Origin: the human T2T-CHM13v2.0 reference genome, Homo sapiens | Strand: one strand, 5' to 3' | DNA: 64,000 bases | NCBI RefSeq assembly: GCF_009914755.1 | Contig: NC_060930.1 | Shown here: positions 34,944 to 49,251 of the stretch, piece after piece | Numbering within the stretch: position 1 is the first letter of the stretch | How the letters are laid out: every line of letters begins with the position of its first letter | The notes under the pieces: model-generated | Told to the model about the DNA's origin: nothing | The model's database searches: none | What the model saw: the letters and a program-made list of their open reading frames with translations, nothing else | Position numbers and translations under genes: made by a program

Positions 34944-35158
34944 CAAAGTGAAACTTCAATATTTGCAGATTCCACAACACATCTGCAGGTTCAACCAAAT
35001 ACAGGTTGAAAATATTCAGAAAAAACTCAGTACAATAATACAAATAAATAAAAACAATATAGTATAACAACTATTAACATAGCATTTACATTTTATTAGG
35101 TATTATAAATAATTGAGAAATGATTTAAACTATATGGGTGGATGTGGGTAGATTATAA
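34944..35158. mobile_element. MER2-like TcMar-Tigger fragment (one end missing)
   Basis: TTCAACCAA...GAAAATATTC; AGTATAACAACTATTAACATAGCATTTACATTTTATTAGGTATTATAA...GATTTAAA. Confidence 0.82.
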
Positions 35159-35257
35159 GCCCTGTACCCTACAGGCCATGAGATCTTGGGCAAATTATTG
35201 CCTCTCAAGCCACAGTTGCCTCATTGGAAAATAGGAAAAAAATGTGACAGAAGGGCA

Positions 35258-35368
35258 TTAATTATGCATTGTATGTCTGTATCAAAATATCTCATGTACC
35301 CAATAAATATATCTACCTACCATCTACCCATAAAAATTAAAAATTTAAAAATTTAAAAAGAAAAAAAA
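35258..35368 (+). mobile_element. L1MA1-3 3' terminal stub with A-rich tail
   Basis: CATTGTATGTCTGTATCAAAATATCTCATGTACCCAATAAATATAT...ACCCATAAAAATTAAAAA. Confidence 0.8.
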
Positions 35369-35665
35369 TCTGAAAATATTAAATGGAAAATGCTAGAAAT
35401 AAATGATTCATAAGATTTAAATTGCATACCAATCTGAGTAGCATTATGAAATCTCATGCTGTCCAGCTCTGTGCTGCCTGGAATGTGAATCGTCCCTTTA
35501 TCCAGTATATCCACATATAGACCCTACCCATCAGTTAGTCACATAGCAACCATCTTCGTTATCAGATTGAAAAAACGTAGTGTATTGGGTTCTGTACTAT
35601 CTGAGGTTTCAAGCATCCACTGAGGGTCTTGGAACATATCCCCCACGGATAAGGAGAGGCTACCA
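35369..35665. mobile_element. MER44A (TcMar-Tigger), first ~65 bp missing
   Basis: GAAAATATTAAATGGAAAAT...GTGAATCGTCCCTTT...GGTCTTGGAACATATCCCCCACGGATAAGG...CTAC followed by a TA target dinucleotide. Confidence 0.9.
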
Positions 35666-35667
35666 TA

Positions 35668-36490
35668 TTAAAAAAGAAGAAAAGTACAAAATCTGTTATC
35701 TAAGCTTCCCTTTTAAGATGCCAGGAAAAGAAGAACAAATTAAGTTGTTAACTTATTACAAAGTAAATTACGCAATATAAGTAATAAAATAAAAGATGAA
35801 ATTAAAATTAAAAATGGACAAATAATAGATAAAATCAATAAAGTCAAAAGTTGACTTTTTTCAGATGATTGGTAAAATTTATGAACCCCTAGCCAGACTC
35901 ATTAAGAAAAAAAACTATGAGAAATGAAAGAGTCTTAACAAGTCCTACAAACATGACAATGATAACAAGGAAATACTATATACAACTTTATTCAATAAAT
36001 TCCACAACTTAGGTGAAATGGACACACTCCTAAGAAACATAACTTACTAAAGCTAGTACAAGAAATAAAAAGTCTGTATGGTTCTGTATCAATTAAAGAA
36101 ATTGAATTTATAATCAAAAGCTTTCCACTGAGAAAAATACTAGCCCAAATGGTTTCAATGGTAATTTTTATAATACATTTATGTAAAAAAAATATATATA
36201 TCATTCTTAGAAAATACAGGAGAAAACACTTTTGCACTCAATTTATGTGGCCAGCAAAACTCTGATTCCAAAATCTGACAAAGACATTACAAAAAAATTA
36301 AATTACAGATGAGTATTTATAACGAATGAAGAAACAAAAACCGGTAACAAAATAATAATAAATAACATTCAGCAATTAATGTAAAGGATAGTACCTCATG
36401 ACAAAGTTCAGTTTATCTCGGGAATTCAAGGTTGGTTAAACATTAGGAAATCAAAGTAATTAACAATATTCACAGAGCAAAAGAAAAAAA
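35668..36490 (+). mobile_element. Old L1M ORF2 internal fragment
   Basis: AAAATCAATAAAGTCAAAAGTTG, GAAATGGACAC..TCCT, GGGAATTCAAGGTTGGTTAAACAT (GMQGWFN region). Confidence 0.8.
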
Positions 36491-36499
36491 GGTAGTGTA

Positions 36500-36670
36500 T
36501 GCTGTTACTTAAAAATATTGTATAAATAGAAGAAAACATTAGAAGCACTTACATTAAAATGTTATAAGTAATAATCATTGGATGGTGTGATTGTCAGAAA
36601 TGTATTTTGTCTGTGTTTTCCTGTATTTTCCAAGCTTACTGCAAGGAGTATTATGATATTTTATAATTAT
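36500..36670 (+). mobile_element. L1ME-like 3'UTR end
   Basis: TACATTAAAATGTTA...GGATGGTGTGATT...CTGTATTTTCCAAG...TTTTATAAT. Confidence 0.5.
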
Positions 36671-37471
36671 ATAGGGCTGTGTGTCAGGGGGTAGGTATAA
36701 TGATAAAGCATTTGAATATGCCTTCAAAGAGGCTAAAGCTAAGAAGAACAGGCACAGAGACTGATGGTTTAGAATAATAAATTAAGGATGTTGGAGATGA
36801 CTGTATATCCATATCAGCTCAGAGGAGGGGCACAAACTTGGGATGGAGTCAGGGAAGTAGCTTAAGAGTGGGCTGGGTTGGTAGAGAGAAAGTAAGTCTG
36901 TTGTCAATGGTGAAACTGTATAATCTCTGTAGTTTGATATGCATGGGAAACAGATTTTTTTTCCTTTTGCGTTGTTTAGGTTCAGGTTTATTAAACTAAC
37001 AGAAGATACAGATTTTAGGTCTACTTAATATAAATCAGTCTCCTATTTGTCTGTCCTCAAAGGCTTTCTGTATCCCATGGGATGTGTAGCAGAGTGCACA
37101 AATCAGATCCTTCCACTGACAATCACTCTTGAAGAGAAAATCTTCCAAATAACAGAATTCTGATTTTTTAAATTTTCTTTCATTCCTTTCTTTTTTTCTC
37201 CCTATCTTTTATTCCTTTAACATTACACTTTATTCTAGAAGCTCATAACAATTTTGGCAAAAACAAAAATAAATAAACACAATAGCTTCCACAGTCACTA
37301 ACAACTTAAATTGTGAATAATTAGGCTAATTTAGTTTTAAGTGACATTTTAATGATAATTTAGTTAGTTAAATTTAAAAGAAAAAGTGATATTGTTTTAA
37401 ACACTCAGTTTATTTCAGAATGTCACTGGGGGAAAAACCCTGAGTATGAGAGAAAGGTTGTGTTAATCTGA

Positions 37472-37837
<366 letters not shown>

Positions 37838-40234
37838 TGATACTGTTTAGGTGCAAATTGAATTCTTTTTTAAAATGTACTTTGCTTTCTGATAGAAAAT
37901 TACTGAAGAAAGTAAAAGACTCTCAATTTGTGATAGTGAATTCTCTATTCCTATCATCTGAAAATTTTACAAGTGAACTTGCCACCCCCTTGGCAGCATC
38001 TAATCCTAACAATCATTACCATTTAGTTCTTGTTTATTCTGACATGGCAGTACTTTGGTTAAGTGAGCAAACCTACATGCAGAATAAAAACCGATGATTT
38101 GCTTGCTATAGATCTTTTTCTTTCTGACAACTGGATACATTATAAAACAACAGCAAGGTCAATTAATAGCATAATCTAACAGTCAATTCACTAATATTTT
38201 TACCTGTGCCAGGCCAAGACCTCAAATCAGAATATCAGTGTCATATTTGAATACTGTAGTGTTTCAGGAAAGAAAAAATATTCTAAAAACCAACAGCATT
38301 CCATTGAAAGGCATTTTCTGCAGTGCTTTGATACGTAACTGACTGAAGCTCAGCATGCAAGACATTAATCTCAACCTTCATGTAATATACCATTGAAGCT
38401 CCAGGAAAATAAGATTATAAGACTTTCATGTTATTCCAAACAGATTGAGAAATGTGCCAAGAGGAATTACACCTTAAAATCTTCTATTTTGTTTTCCATA
38501 ATAGGGGCAAGAGGAGAGAAATATTGTATATTTGGCTATAAAATCATAATGAATATTTATTCAGCACAGTTTTCTTTTAGAAAGTGTATGTGAATTAAAC
38601 TAGAAAAATGTTTCATTTTCCCACATCATATTGCATGGTACTCGGGTTGCGTGCGTGTGCGTTTGTGTGTGTGTCTTTGCATGCACTGTCATAACCTATC
38701 TGGCCAAGCGTGAACTGTCTCCAAAGATTAAGTGCACCTATTTTGAACTGGAGGCTGCATGCCATAATTTTTAGCTAACCCGTTTCCTTCTTAGTGAAAA
38801 CAGAAATAAAAATATATTGTGCACACTTCATGGCTAGAGCCTTTGACCTCAGCTGCCTGTCTAGCTGAGACTGTGATGAATGTTTTGTGTCCCTTCATTT
38901 TTAATTGCTCATAAATTGTTATCCCACGAAACACAAAACTAGCCTTGTCCTCATTTTAGTTGAGGTTGGAGGTCAGCCTAACAGTAATACAATTAAGGAG
39001 TGTCTTTGTGTGGGGGTGTGGGAGTGAGGAGGGCAGTAGGGTTGCAGAAGAGGGTTAAAGAAATGTAGTAGTCCTTTCTAAGGAAAACACAAAGAAACTT
39101 CCTACTTTTGAGCAAAAACATCACACATAAAGTAAATCATGCTTGTTTGACAATTGTGTCCAAAGTGCTTTGAAGGGAATTTCTGGACAGCAACAAAGGA
39201 AGTGAGTTATATTTTATGTCTGTGCTCAAGCAAAAATGTGTTTTTGTGATTCGTGATGTAGAGGATAAATTAATTCAGTGAAAAAAAAAAAGTCTGGTTT
39301 CAGAAGTAGCATCTCAGCCCAGGTTGTTTTCAAAAGAGACAGTGAATGTGAATCTAACAGCAGAAGTTAGCCTTCAGCTTTGTGCCACTCTGTCATCACT
39401 CAGACAGCAGCTCATGGCGACTTCTCCAGCACACATCTGATTGCAACGCACTGTGGATCTCTTCTGTGGGTTTTGCAGAGTCAGTCATTGTTTTCAATTA
39501 TACTTCCTCTATTGCTCAGCAACTAAGGTATGACCTTAAACAGTCATGTTTCAAATATCAATGGAGCTAAAGCTTTGAATTTCTTTTCTCATTTGTGAAG
39601 ACTGTCAAGAACAGAGATGATTATGCACTTTCTTTATTCTGCCTAAAATAGTGTTTAAAGCTCAGCCAGTGGCCTATTGACTGATTTTATTGTTTTGATT
39701 AAACCAAACCAGAAGCAGCATGGTCTAAATGGAAGCAGAATTGAACTTATAGTGAGACCACGCCTTTCCTTTTTTCCAGTCATTCTTCTGATTTTCTTTA
39801 ATTTCAGACAAATGGTTTGACTTCTACGGATTACAGACTTCTGTTTTCAAAATGAAAACATACCTTCAGTATTTACCTTGCAAAAATATAGGCAAGGGAA
39901 ATTATATATGTGTTCCAACTTTCTTCATCAAAATAAACGTAAAATACATTTTCGCCATTGCAATGTTTCTCATTCTTGTCTTAATCACTGTTCGTTTGCT
40001 TTATCATGTTTCACACTACCTTTTGAGCATTTTGTCAAGCTTGGTCAAATTCTGAGTAACTAAATGGTATTCCCAGCATTAACTTCCCCATTCATTACTA
40101 ACTGAGTCTTTTCAGTTAATTTACTATTTTCCCAGTAGAATTTATAATTCTCTCTGGGGTAGATTTGGCAAAATAGAAAATAAGTTAACTGTAGACCAAT
40201 CACTAATGCACCAATTTGATCACCATTAATCTCC

Positions 40235-40350
40235 TCCTACATATATTTCTGGGGCACTTCTTATGTCTCAAGCACTGTTTAGGTACTGAGAATAGAATCA
40301 TGAACAAAAAAGAAAAAAAAATCTGTCCTTAAGAGAGATGATATTCTATT
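40235..40350 (-). mobile_element. L2 3' fragment
   Basis: GCACTTCTTATGTCTCAAGCACTGTTTAGGTACTGAGAATA...TGAACAA. Confidence 0.65.
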
Positions 40351-40424
40351 AATTTGACATGTTCAGTTAACTCATGATGTCTAAACATATAAGCAAAAGT
40401 ATAATATAATGCAAGCAGGGACAA

Positions 40425-40590
40425 CAGGAATGGGATAATAAAATAACTAGATTACAAATCAGGAACTTAGAACTAGAGACCAGTTCTGCTATTCCCTAGC
40501 TTTGGGATGTTAACCGAACTTTTGGACCCCATATTCCTTATTTGTAAAATGAAGGAGTTGGGGCCTATTCCAATTCTAAAATTATGGAAA
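40425..40590 (+). mobile_element. MIR3-like
   Basis: TCAGGAACTTAG...TTCTGCTATTCCCTAGCT...TTCCTTATTTGTAAAATGAAGGAGTTGG...TTCCAATTCTAAAATT. Confidence 0.7.
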
Positions 40591-41599
40591 ATTGTGGGGT
40601 TGTCTATATAAGGGAGAAATCATCCCTCACCCCTCAATGCGAAAGAGAGAGAGAGAGACATACAATTATCTCATATTTTCAGATTAAGTATATTCCTAGC
40701 TTTTGGCTGGAAATTTTTGCCAGAAAATTTCAGAGCTTTTAAAGCCTAGAGACTGAAAAAAAATTATTACTTTTCTTTGTTTTATACTCTGAAAGTAAGC
40801 TAATTGCAATAGCAAATGATTCTGGTACTTGGTTTCCTGGATGTTGACAATGTTGGCACTTTGTCACAAGAAGGAGGGCAGAGCTAACTGGTTCATAAGG
40901 TTCCCAGTGGTCCGAATAGCAGAAAAATCTGTTAGACTCATGATGAGTGCGTTGTTGGCTGCATTCAGCAGCACACAAGTCTAAAACTGATCATCTGTGC
41001 CCTCACCAGTAACTGCTACTTGACTGTAATAAGAACCACTACAGATTTACATGCTACCAAAAATGATAATAATGATGATTCCTAGCCATAATGGAGAAGA
41101 AAGTTTTATTTATATCTTTAAAGCATTTCATAAAATCCTCCAATCTGAAAAAAAAACAAATCGAAGTGTTAAATATTAGATATAAAAATTAAAGGTGTAT
41201 CATCAAAGTTTGCCTAATACATCATGCATTTAATGGAAATTATAATTTGTATGTAAACATTTCAAATGTATTAGACATTAATTAAAGAGCATATTTTGTA
41301 TGGCATTTCAGTCTCAAAAATGGCTCAAGATAGTATTTAAAATAAGATTAAAATATCTTTCTAGTTTTTACTGGAATATATAACCTTTTCTCTCATCTGA
41401 ACAGAACAATTCCTAGTTAAGAAGTTTCTAATAGCTATAATAGGGCTTTTCTAGTTTGTAACTTTTCTGAAAGCCATAAGAATTAGAATCACACAGCAAC
41501 ATACCTACATTTTCAAATGAGTGATGTAATCAAGATAGAATGAGCACACATCACCATCTTATAAATGAGTGTTTTTCTTTTTAAAAAAATCATTATTGA

Positions 41600-41737
41600 C
41601 CCTCTCCTCACTATAATGCATGCTCCATGAGAGCAAGGGATTTTGTCCGCTTTTTCATTCCCACTGCTGTATCCCCAGGGCCTGAAGCAGTGACTAGTGC
41701 ATAGTAGGTGTTCAATAAACATTTATTAGATGGATTA
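41600..41737 (+). mobile_element. L2a/b 3' end
   Basis: GCTCCATGAGAGCAAGGGATTTTGTC...CACTGCTGTATCCCCAG...CATAGTAGGTGTTCAATAAACATTT. Confidence 0.88.
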
Positions 41738-43648
41738 ATACTGTTATTACTTCCTGAGGCATAAACAAGAAGACTAAGCTTCTGTAAACTAGCGCCCAGA
41801 TCCAATGCGTTCTAATCCTAACTTTCTTAAGATGTCACTTGCTAGTTCCTTCTTTGTCATATCCCTACAAAGACAGAAAAAAACAAAATTAGCTTTGTTG
41901 ATTTCTGTCTCAGAGTATTTTTTTAGTATCTTGTTTGGCATGGCAACAAATGTAGTTCAAGTTTGATTTTTTAATTCCTAGTACCGTCAATACCTTTGCT
42001 TCAGCCCAGTGGCTATTTTTCACTCATTCTATCAAGGAACGTGCGGGATCCAAAATTATAAATTCCTCATTAAACTGAATAAACATATTCCCTTTGAGGG
42101 TGGACTTTATAATATTGGCTCTATATGGTATTTGTAAAATGTGTATGACTTTGTCATTTCCCAGAATTTATTTATATTACTATTTAAACCTTGAAAATAG
42201 TTTCAAAAACCACTTGGCTTACAGATTTTGTTGTATTGTTCTGGGACGTTTACATTTGAGCAAAACAGTATACCACTGGAAGAGTCCATATTTATATCAC
42301 TATTCAGAGCAGAAAGTTTAGGTTCATGCATTACAATTGGGTACTCAGACAAGGCAAACTAATAAAAGCTGCATGAAAACATGTGAACATGGCATTTTTG
42401 AAGACATAAGTCAAGCAATTTTTTTCTAATTGATTATGGTAATTCAAATATGAGTGCCTAATATCTAATACTAAACAAACTACAAAGTGCAATTGAAAAT
42501 TAGGGCATATTTCATTTGTCACTTTGGAGTACTTACCTCACACTGGTAATTTCATCAAAAAGCATTGGTAGCTTATGACATCTGTATGGTTAGAACACTG
42601 TGGTAATTCAATATTCACTTTTATTTGTCTTGGGTTGGCTAACAAGAAAAATAGTATGATGCTATACGTCAAACAAATGTTTCACATATATTGATAATAG
42701 TATCACCATATCATTAGTTTCTTACCCAAATAAGAATAATTATATTAATTTAGGTCCTATAAGAACACTGTGAAAATGCTGTTTTGTGTGACTTGGTGCT
42801 TTGAACAACTTTTTACTAAAAATGGTTCTTATCCTAAATATACTAAAAATTGTGTGTCTTACTCATACCTACCTGGAGCTCTATGCTTGCTATACTGCTT
42901 TTGGCCAACAAGCTGGCTCAGAGTGACCTCTTTTGTCTTCCATGTTTATTTACTTAAAACTTTCTGACTTATGGAAGATTCCCAGTGTGTATCCCAATGC
43001 CCCTTATAGTTACCAAGGGCTAAAGGTGTGCATAAAACAATAATGTGGATTTTGTTAAGGGAATATTTAAACAATTGGCTAAATTGCACAGTGCAGCAAT
43101 TTTTATTCAATGACTTCTAACTAATAACTGCAGCCTTAAAATTCAGTGACAATCAAAATTTCCACAAAACTTTCCTAGTGAATGAGGAAATGAAATGTGT
43201 ATTCTTGGGAACTGTGGAACAGTTGAAGCAACACACACAAGCAAAACAATTCTTTGACATGCCTCAATTTATCTGAAACATAGATGTGAATGTTTGCATT
43301 CTACTCCTATAACATATGCCTTTACTTAAATATTAAATACTTTTCCCCAAAACTCCAAATAAAATTCATACTCCTGGGAGAAGGTCCATTTTCTTCTGTT
43401 AGCTTTTCTTATTTCCAACACCCTATCCACTAAATGGCATAGACATAATCCAGTTTTAGTTGAATATTTACAGGTCAACATAATGATAAATAACAACTAA
43501 AGTTTATTGGTTTTGCTGAGGGTCATTCAGAACCCAACTGGCATTTCACTCCCCTGTCAGCTTAGAAACACATAAAAGATTAGTCATATTCTACTATCAG
43601 ATTTCTTTGGGAGCTAGCCAAAGCTCAACTCATCTGAATGATTAGATG

Positions 43649-43765
43649 TCTCCTTCCTTCCTTCCCTCTTCTCCTCCTTCCTTCCTTGCCTTTCTTCCTT
43701 TTTTCCCTTCCTCCCTTCTTCCTTCCTTTCTTCCTCCCTCCCTTCTTCTTTCTTTCTTTCTCTCT
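43649..43765. repeat. CCTT/CTT-rich polypyrimidine low-complexity tract
   Basis: 117 bp of pyrimidines with a single G. Confidence 0.92.
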
Positions 43766-46700
43766 GAGAAAAAACATAGCTAAAAAGTAACCAAGAAGTC
43801 ATCAAAGGGAAATCTAAGTCCACCCAGGAAAACTCAGAGGTGAGCAAAATTAGAAGGTGTTTTTGTGTGACCATCAATCCTCTCCAATCTCTTTCCCATG
43901 GAAAGGATTAATTCAGATGACCTCTTTGGAATAACACTATTTTCTCTCTATCTAGTTTGTACCTATTCTCAATCACTTTACATGCACAAAGCTACAAAAT
44001 GTCTACAAAAAAACCAGCGCCCTGGGGTTGTTCATCCTATGTTACAGAAATGCAGAGCTTCAGTTTTTTGATACTCTTCATTTCTCAGCCCCTATACAAT
44101 GGATGTCACTAATGTCACCTTTCAGTAAGATAGCCATGGCCAGCAGAAGGCTTGAAAATGCCAATTGTAATTAACTTTCTTTTCAAATATGTTTGACAGT
44201 TTCATGCTGAGAAGTGCTTCTTACCTTTTGAACTTTCAGATTGCTTGGCTGAGCAAAATGCGTACCATTTTCTTTTAAAATTACCTTACAAAGAGCTATG
44301 TACTATGATATTCTTGCACACGTCAGCCATTTATTAGAGATTTAGATTTTTAAGCAGATTATCCTTGTTCCAAATGAGAGACCTTGCTTTTGTCTGAAGC
44401 ATAGGTTATGTTCAGGTGTATAGCAGAGCACCAGGACAAGGACACTCATATATTCATAAATGTCAAAGACAATGACCCTTCCTCATGGGCTGATCATCCC
44501 AGCTGCTCTACAAGGTAATACTCCCAAGACCTGTAGATGCCAGAACCATGCTCTTTGGCAGTAGCTAAAGATAGGAAAGAAATGCTCCTTGGGTCCAGTT
44601 TCCTACAATATGGTTATACATCATTTTTAAAATGACATCAAAAATCAATAAAAATGGAAGAGCTCTATAAATGCATCTTTTCTTAATTGAGAGGCTTAAC
44701 CTGACTTTTGCAGTAAGAATAATATACCTTACTGTGACCTACTTAAAAAAATGTAAAAAGTCACTTTATGGCTGCTTTTTTCAGTCTTTCATTTGGCCTT
44801 CCTACTCTTTTTTTCATAGCAAGAGTACTCATGACAAAAAAAAAAAAAGGGTATAGATTCTCACCAGCATTTTGATCAACGAGAAAGCCTTCATACTTCA
44901 ATAGTGCACGTAATGGAATTGGTCAGATTTGAAGCATGGGAGCACATTTTATCTTGGATCTTTAATTTTTTACAGTTCAGCTGACAGAAATTTAACTAAA
45001 ATGTTGGTTATATGACCAGTTAGCGGACTCTCCGAAATAACATTTGCCTTAATTTTGCTGTAGATTGTCAGAAAATGGTGTGAAGTAAGCACATTTTACT
45101 AATCCTTTGGTTAATCAGAAATTATTTAAAGAAAGTCTGCAAGACTAATTTCCCTGGTAAAGATACAAATACATTAATTACTCATAATTTTAAATCATAT
45201 TGAAAACTCAGAGAATTATTTGTTTTTAAAAAAACTCAAAGGATATATTTTTAAGTTACCTTTTCCAGCCATCAAGACAATTGAAGAGACAGGTCACTGA
45301 GGTTCACACTGCCCTAGAAGATGGCAACATAACCTTTCCTCCAACATTATTAAAATGGGAATAAAAGCCTCATTCTCTATCCTCTTCAGGTAGAAAAAGC
45401 TATAACTAGCCTATAGTATTATCAATTTCAATATGATTTTGGAATTATAAAAGTATTTTGGTCCAAATTCCAAATAAAAATACAATTCAGTTTCCTATAA
45501 ATACAGTATTTGGTGTTCTGTTAAACTAATCTTAACAAGTCCTCTGAAGATCAGGAGTGAATGGTTTTCAGCCATATATTTTATTAAATTTGGAGGAACT
45601 TTAAAAACATTTGTTGCTTCAGTGTAAGAAATCAAACCAAGGTAGTCAGTTGAATTGAAGAATCTACGTAGATGTCTATTATCAGTTTAAGAAAATGAGT
45701 CTTGAGTGTTTGAGAGCTTCAACTGGAAGTCTCTTTCCATGGGGTAATGATACTTTGATCTTGTTAAGACTACATAGTTCCAATTATTAGGACTGACTGC
45801 CTGTTTCATAGAATATGTCTCCGAGTCAACAGGTAAAAATCATTTCTTCATCAGCCCTGTCACTTTACTACACACTTTTGGATAGCCAATGGATAAAGGG
45901 TAGATAAAAGAACCTCTCCCTGATGTTTTAAGAGGGAAATTCACATGATTAAAGCATTGCTTAAGAAATTAAGTATGATATTGACCAAATTTTCTGAAAT
46001 CCCCCTCCAAATTTATTTGGATTGTTAGCTTATGCCCCAGTTATTTTGCTCTAAGCATGCAGTTTCTAAGGCAAAAAAAATGAATTGTTCAAAAGCAGTT
46101 CCAGGATTGAATGTGACTTAAAAGAGGCAAGTTAGAAAAGAGCAAAGTAGCCAGGAGACTTGAAGTGGCAAGCAAATGTTTTGGCAGCTATGATAAATGT
46201 GATTGTCGTTGCCCTAACCCTAAGTAATGAAAAGGACAACATTTTGACGATAAAATGTAAAATTGGTTTATAAATGCAGTTAAAATGTGGCTCATATTTA
46301 ACTTCAGTTTTCAAGAGATTCTAATGGTGTGCTAAACAGCCTTGTTTTAGTAATAAACCTGTGGGCTACCCTAAAAAGCTCTAAAAAGTTTCTAATTAAT
46401 TCTGATGCTTTAAGAATAGGCACATATGTCTCTACCACGTATCAAAAACCAAATTACCAAAAATGCTCGCCTACTTTGCAAAATCATCTCAGCGCAAAGA
46501 AGCTTATGTATATAATCTATGTCCATGTATTTCCTAGTTCACTTCCTTTTCCAATTTGCATTCCACTTTGTGAGCTCACCAAGCACCTTTTAACTTGGCA
46601 CACAGAAACCCAGGTGTGATCGATCTTAGAAGACATTCGTGTGTCTATAAGAAAATGACTTTGGAAGTACATAGAGGGGGACTACTTGCAACTGTTACAT

Positions 46701-47393
46701 CTAATTTTAGAGGCAAATGGGAGGAGAAAAACCATAAAACTCATAATGTCCAGGTTATGCCAAATCCTGAGAAACTGCTTGAATAAAATAAATTGTTCAA
46801 AAATATCATAGGATGAAAAACAAATATTCAAAGATTGTTTTACAGGTAAAATACGTGATCTAAATTACGAAGACATATACACACCCAAAATAACCATGAT
46901 TATGTATTTCATATGTATATCTTTAATAATTTTGAAAATAAGATTTATAGAATTACCATATATATAGATAGGTTTTCTTGACTCTTAGTTGGATTTAAAC
47001 CTACATAGGATTGAAGCAGTCCATTATATTTTTATTTTTAATAATGAAGTACTATTTTTCATATATTGATAAAACAGAAAATGCTTCAACTATTCCTTCC
47101 ACATTTCTCTATTGAATTACTGTCACTGTTACATAATTGTTACATAGACTGTCACATGGAAATCAATAGAGTTTGGCATAAAAACAAGTAAAAATTTACT
47201 GCTTTTCAATATTTGTTAATGCAAGTCCATGATACTAAATGTTAAAGTTGGAAGAAGAAACTATCTGTATCTTGTTCCTGTCACTTTTTTTTTTTTAACT
47301 GACCAAATATATCAGCCAAGCTGGAAACGATCATTTATTTGAGTATGAGTCAACTATGTTTTCTTAGAAAAAGGAGGAGGAAAAGGAGGATGA

Positions 47394-47741
<348 letters not shown>

Positions 47742-49251
47742 AATATTGCTACTTCTAAAATAATTGCAAAGCTAAACATATGGGATGCAAGGTCAGATGG
47801 TACAAATGCCAAGTGGTACTCCATTCTACATTCAGCAAAAATGTATTGTGTACCTATATGTGAAAGACATCATGTAGGGTAGACATCTATGATCAATTCC
47901 TTTTGGCATCTGGGCTATAGACTCATTTTTAAGTAAAAAGTAAACCTTATCATTTTTAAGCAAAGATGTTTCATATTCCATCCATTTTTAACTTTGGCCT
48001 TCAGCAAGTTTATAGCTTGGAGCTCATAGCTAAACTCCTCAGCTAGACTTTTGAACTAAATGCAACACTTTGTTCCATGATGTCTAGTCTTTTATTCTTA
48101 TGTTTAAGATTTCTTTATGTTGTATATTTTTATAATCTTTATTTTTTTAATTAGAGAAGATTTTACTACAGAATCTTTTCTTTGCCTTTTGCTATTTTTT
48201 ACTCAACAATTGTTTAATGCCTAGAACCAAGCTCCTATAACCCAGATGGGGTATCCCAAGCCTGTCTTTGCCCAATGTCTACCTAGCCATTCTCACACCA
48301 AAAAGAGTGGGAAGAAGAGAGACCTGGACATGAAGGCAGATGATAGAATCTGTATCATGTCCTTAAAAGAGGCCTTTGGATGCAGAATCACAAATGTGTC
48401 ATGGAGAAGGAAATATTTCTGAAAAGAGCCTAAACAGAAAAATTCATATAGGTATTATTTGAAGTCAAGTGTAAGATGAAAATTCAAATAGGTTACCTGA
48501 TTCCTGCACTGGGAATGTCATCTAAAGTTCTACTGCAGTGCCCCACTTGTAAGTGCCCCCAAATCCTCCATGGAACGAGTATAGAACAGGGAATGTGATG
48601 AGGCTCCTCACCCCATCAGGTCCCTTCTTAGGACAAGGAAGCCTGCTTATTGGGTCCCCAGGATTAGAGAAAGAAGTGGAGTAGAACAATATCATGGGAC
48701 TGTTTGAAGCTCTATATTAATCATAACTTATTTAATCATTTTATACCCTATGAGACATGGACTAAGCCAAATCATCTCTTGATTCTTCTTTCATAGCTCT
48801 TCCAGAACCTTCTCCTTTCATCTCTCAGGTGTCCTAGATACTCAAAAGCTCCTAGTCTGGCATATTTCTCAGTCATGTCTTTGTTACCTTACCTACCACA
48901 AACTGGAATATGTTTCAAACTCACCTGTTTCTCTTCATGCTTCCACATTTTTTCAAAACTCTTGCTAACTCCAACCAAAGATAAGTTATGTTTCATCCAA
49001 ATTAATTCCTCAATAAACCACTTTTATACAGTCTAAAAAGGTATTATCGATGCTTTTGCTGGGGAGGGGCTGAAGCAAGTTCACTGAGGCCCCCTGGATT
49101 ACAGAGAACCAATATCAGCTCCTACTGCCACTCTATTCTCTCCTCCACCAAAACCCAGCATGATTCTCTTGTTTCTTGAGTATTGAGCTGTCATCTGTGA
49201 AATCATCTTGGCTCCTACAAAACTATGCTTGCACCTGCTCTCCATGGGTTT

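Noticed and set aside
44976-45084. Possible exon (TTTTTTACAG ... GAA|GTAAGC)
   Set aside because: Stops in all three frames and no partner exons nearby; not supportable beyond chance.
47121-47157. Three loose copies of TGT(T/C)ACAT including a D-box-like GTTACATAAT; similar short duplications near 529, 25891, 56245 and 57551
   Set aside because: Short slippage duplications are expected in AT-rich DNA; no independent support for function.
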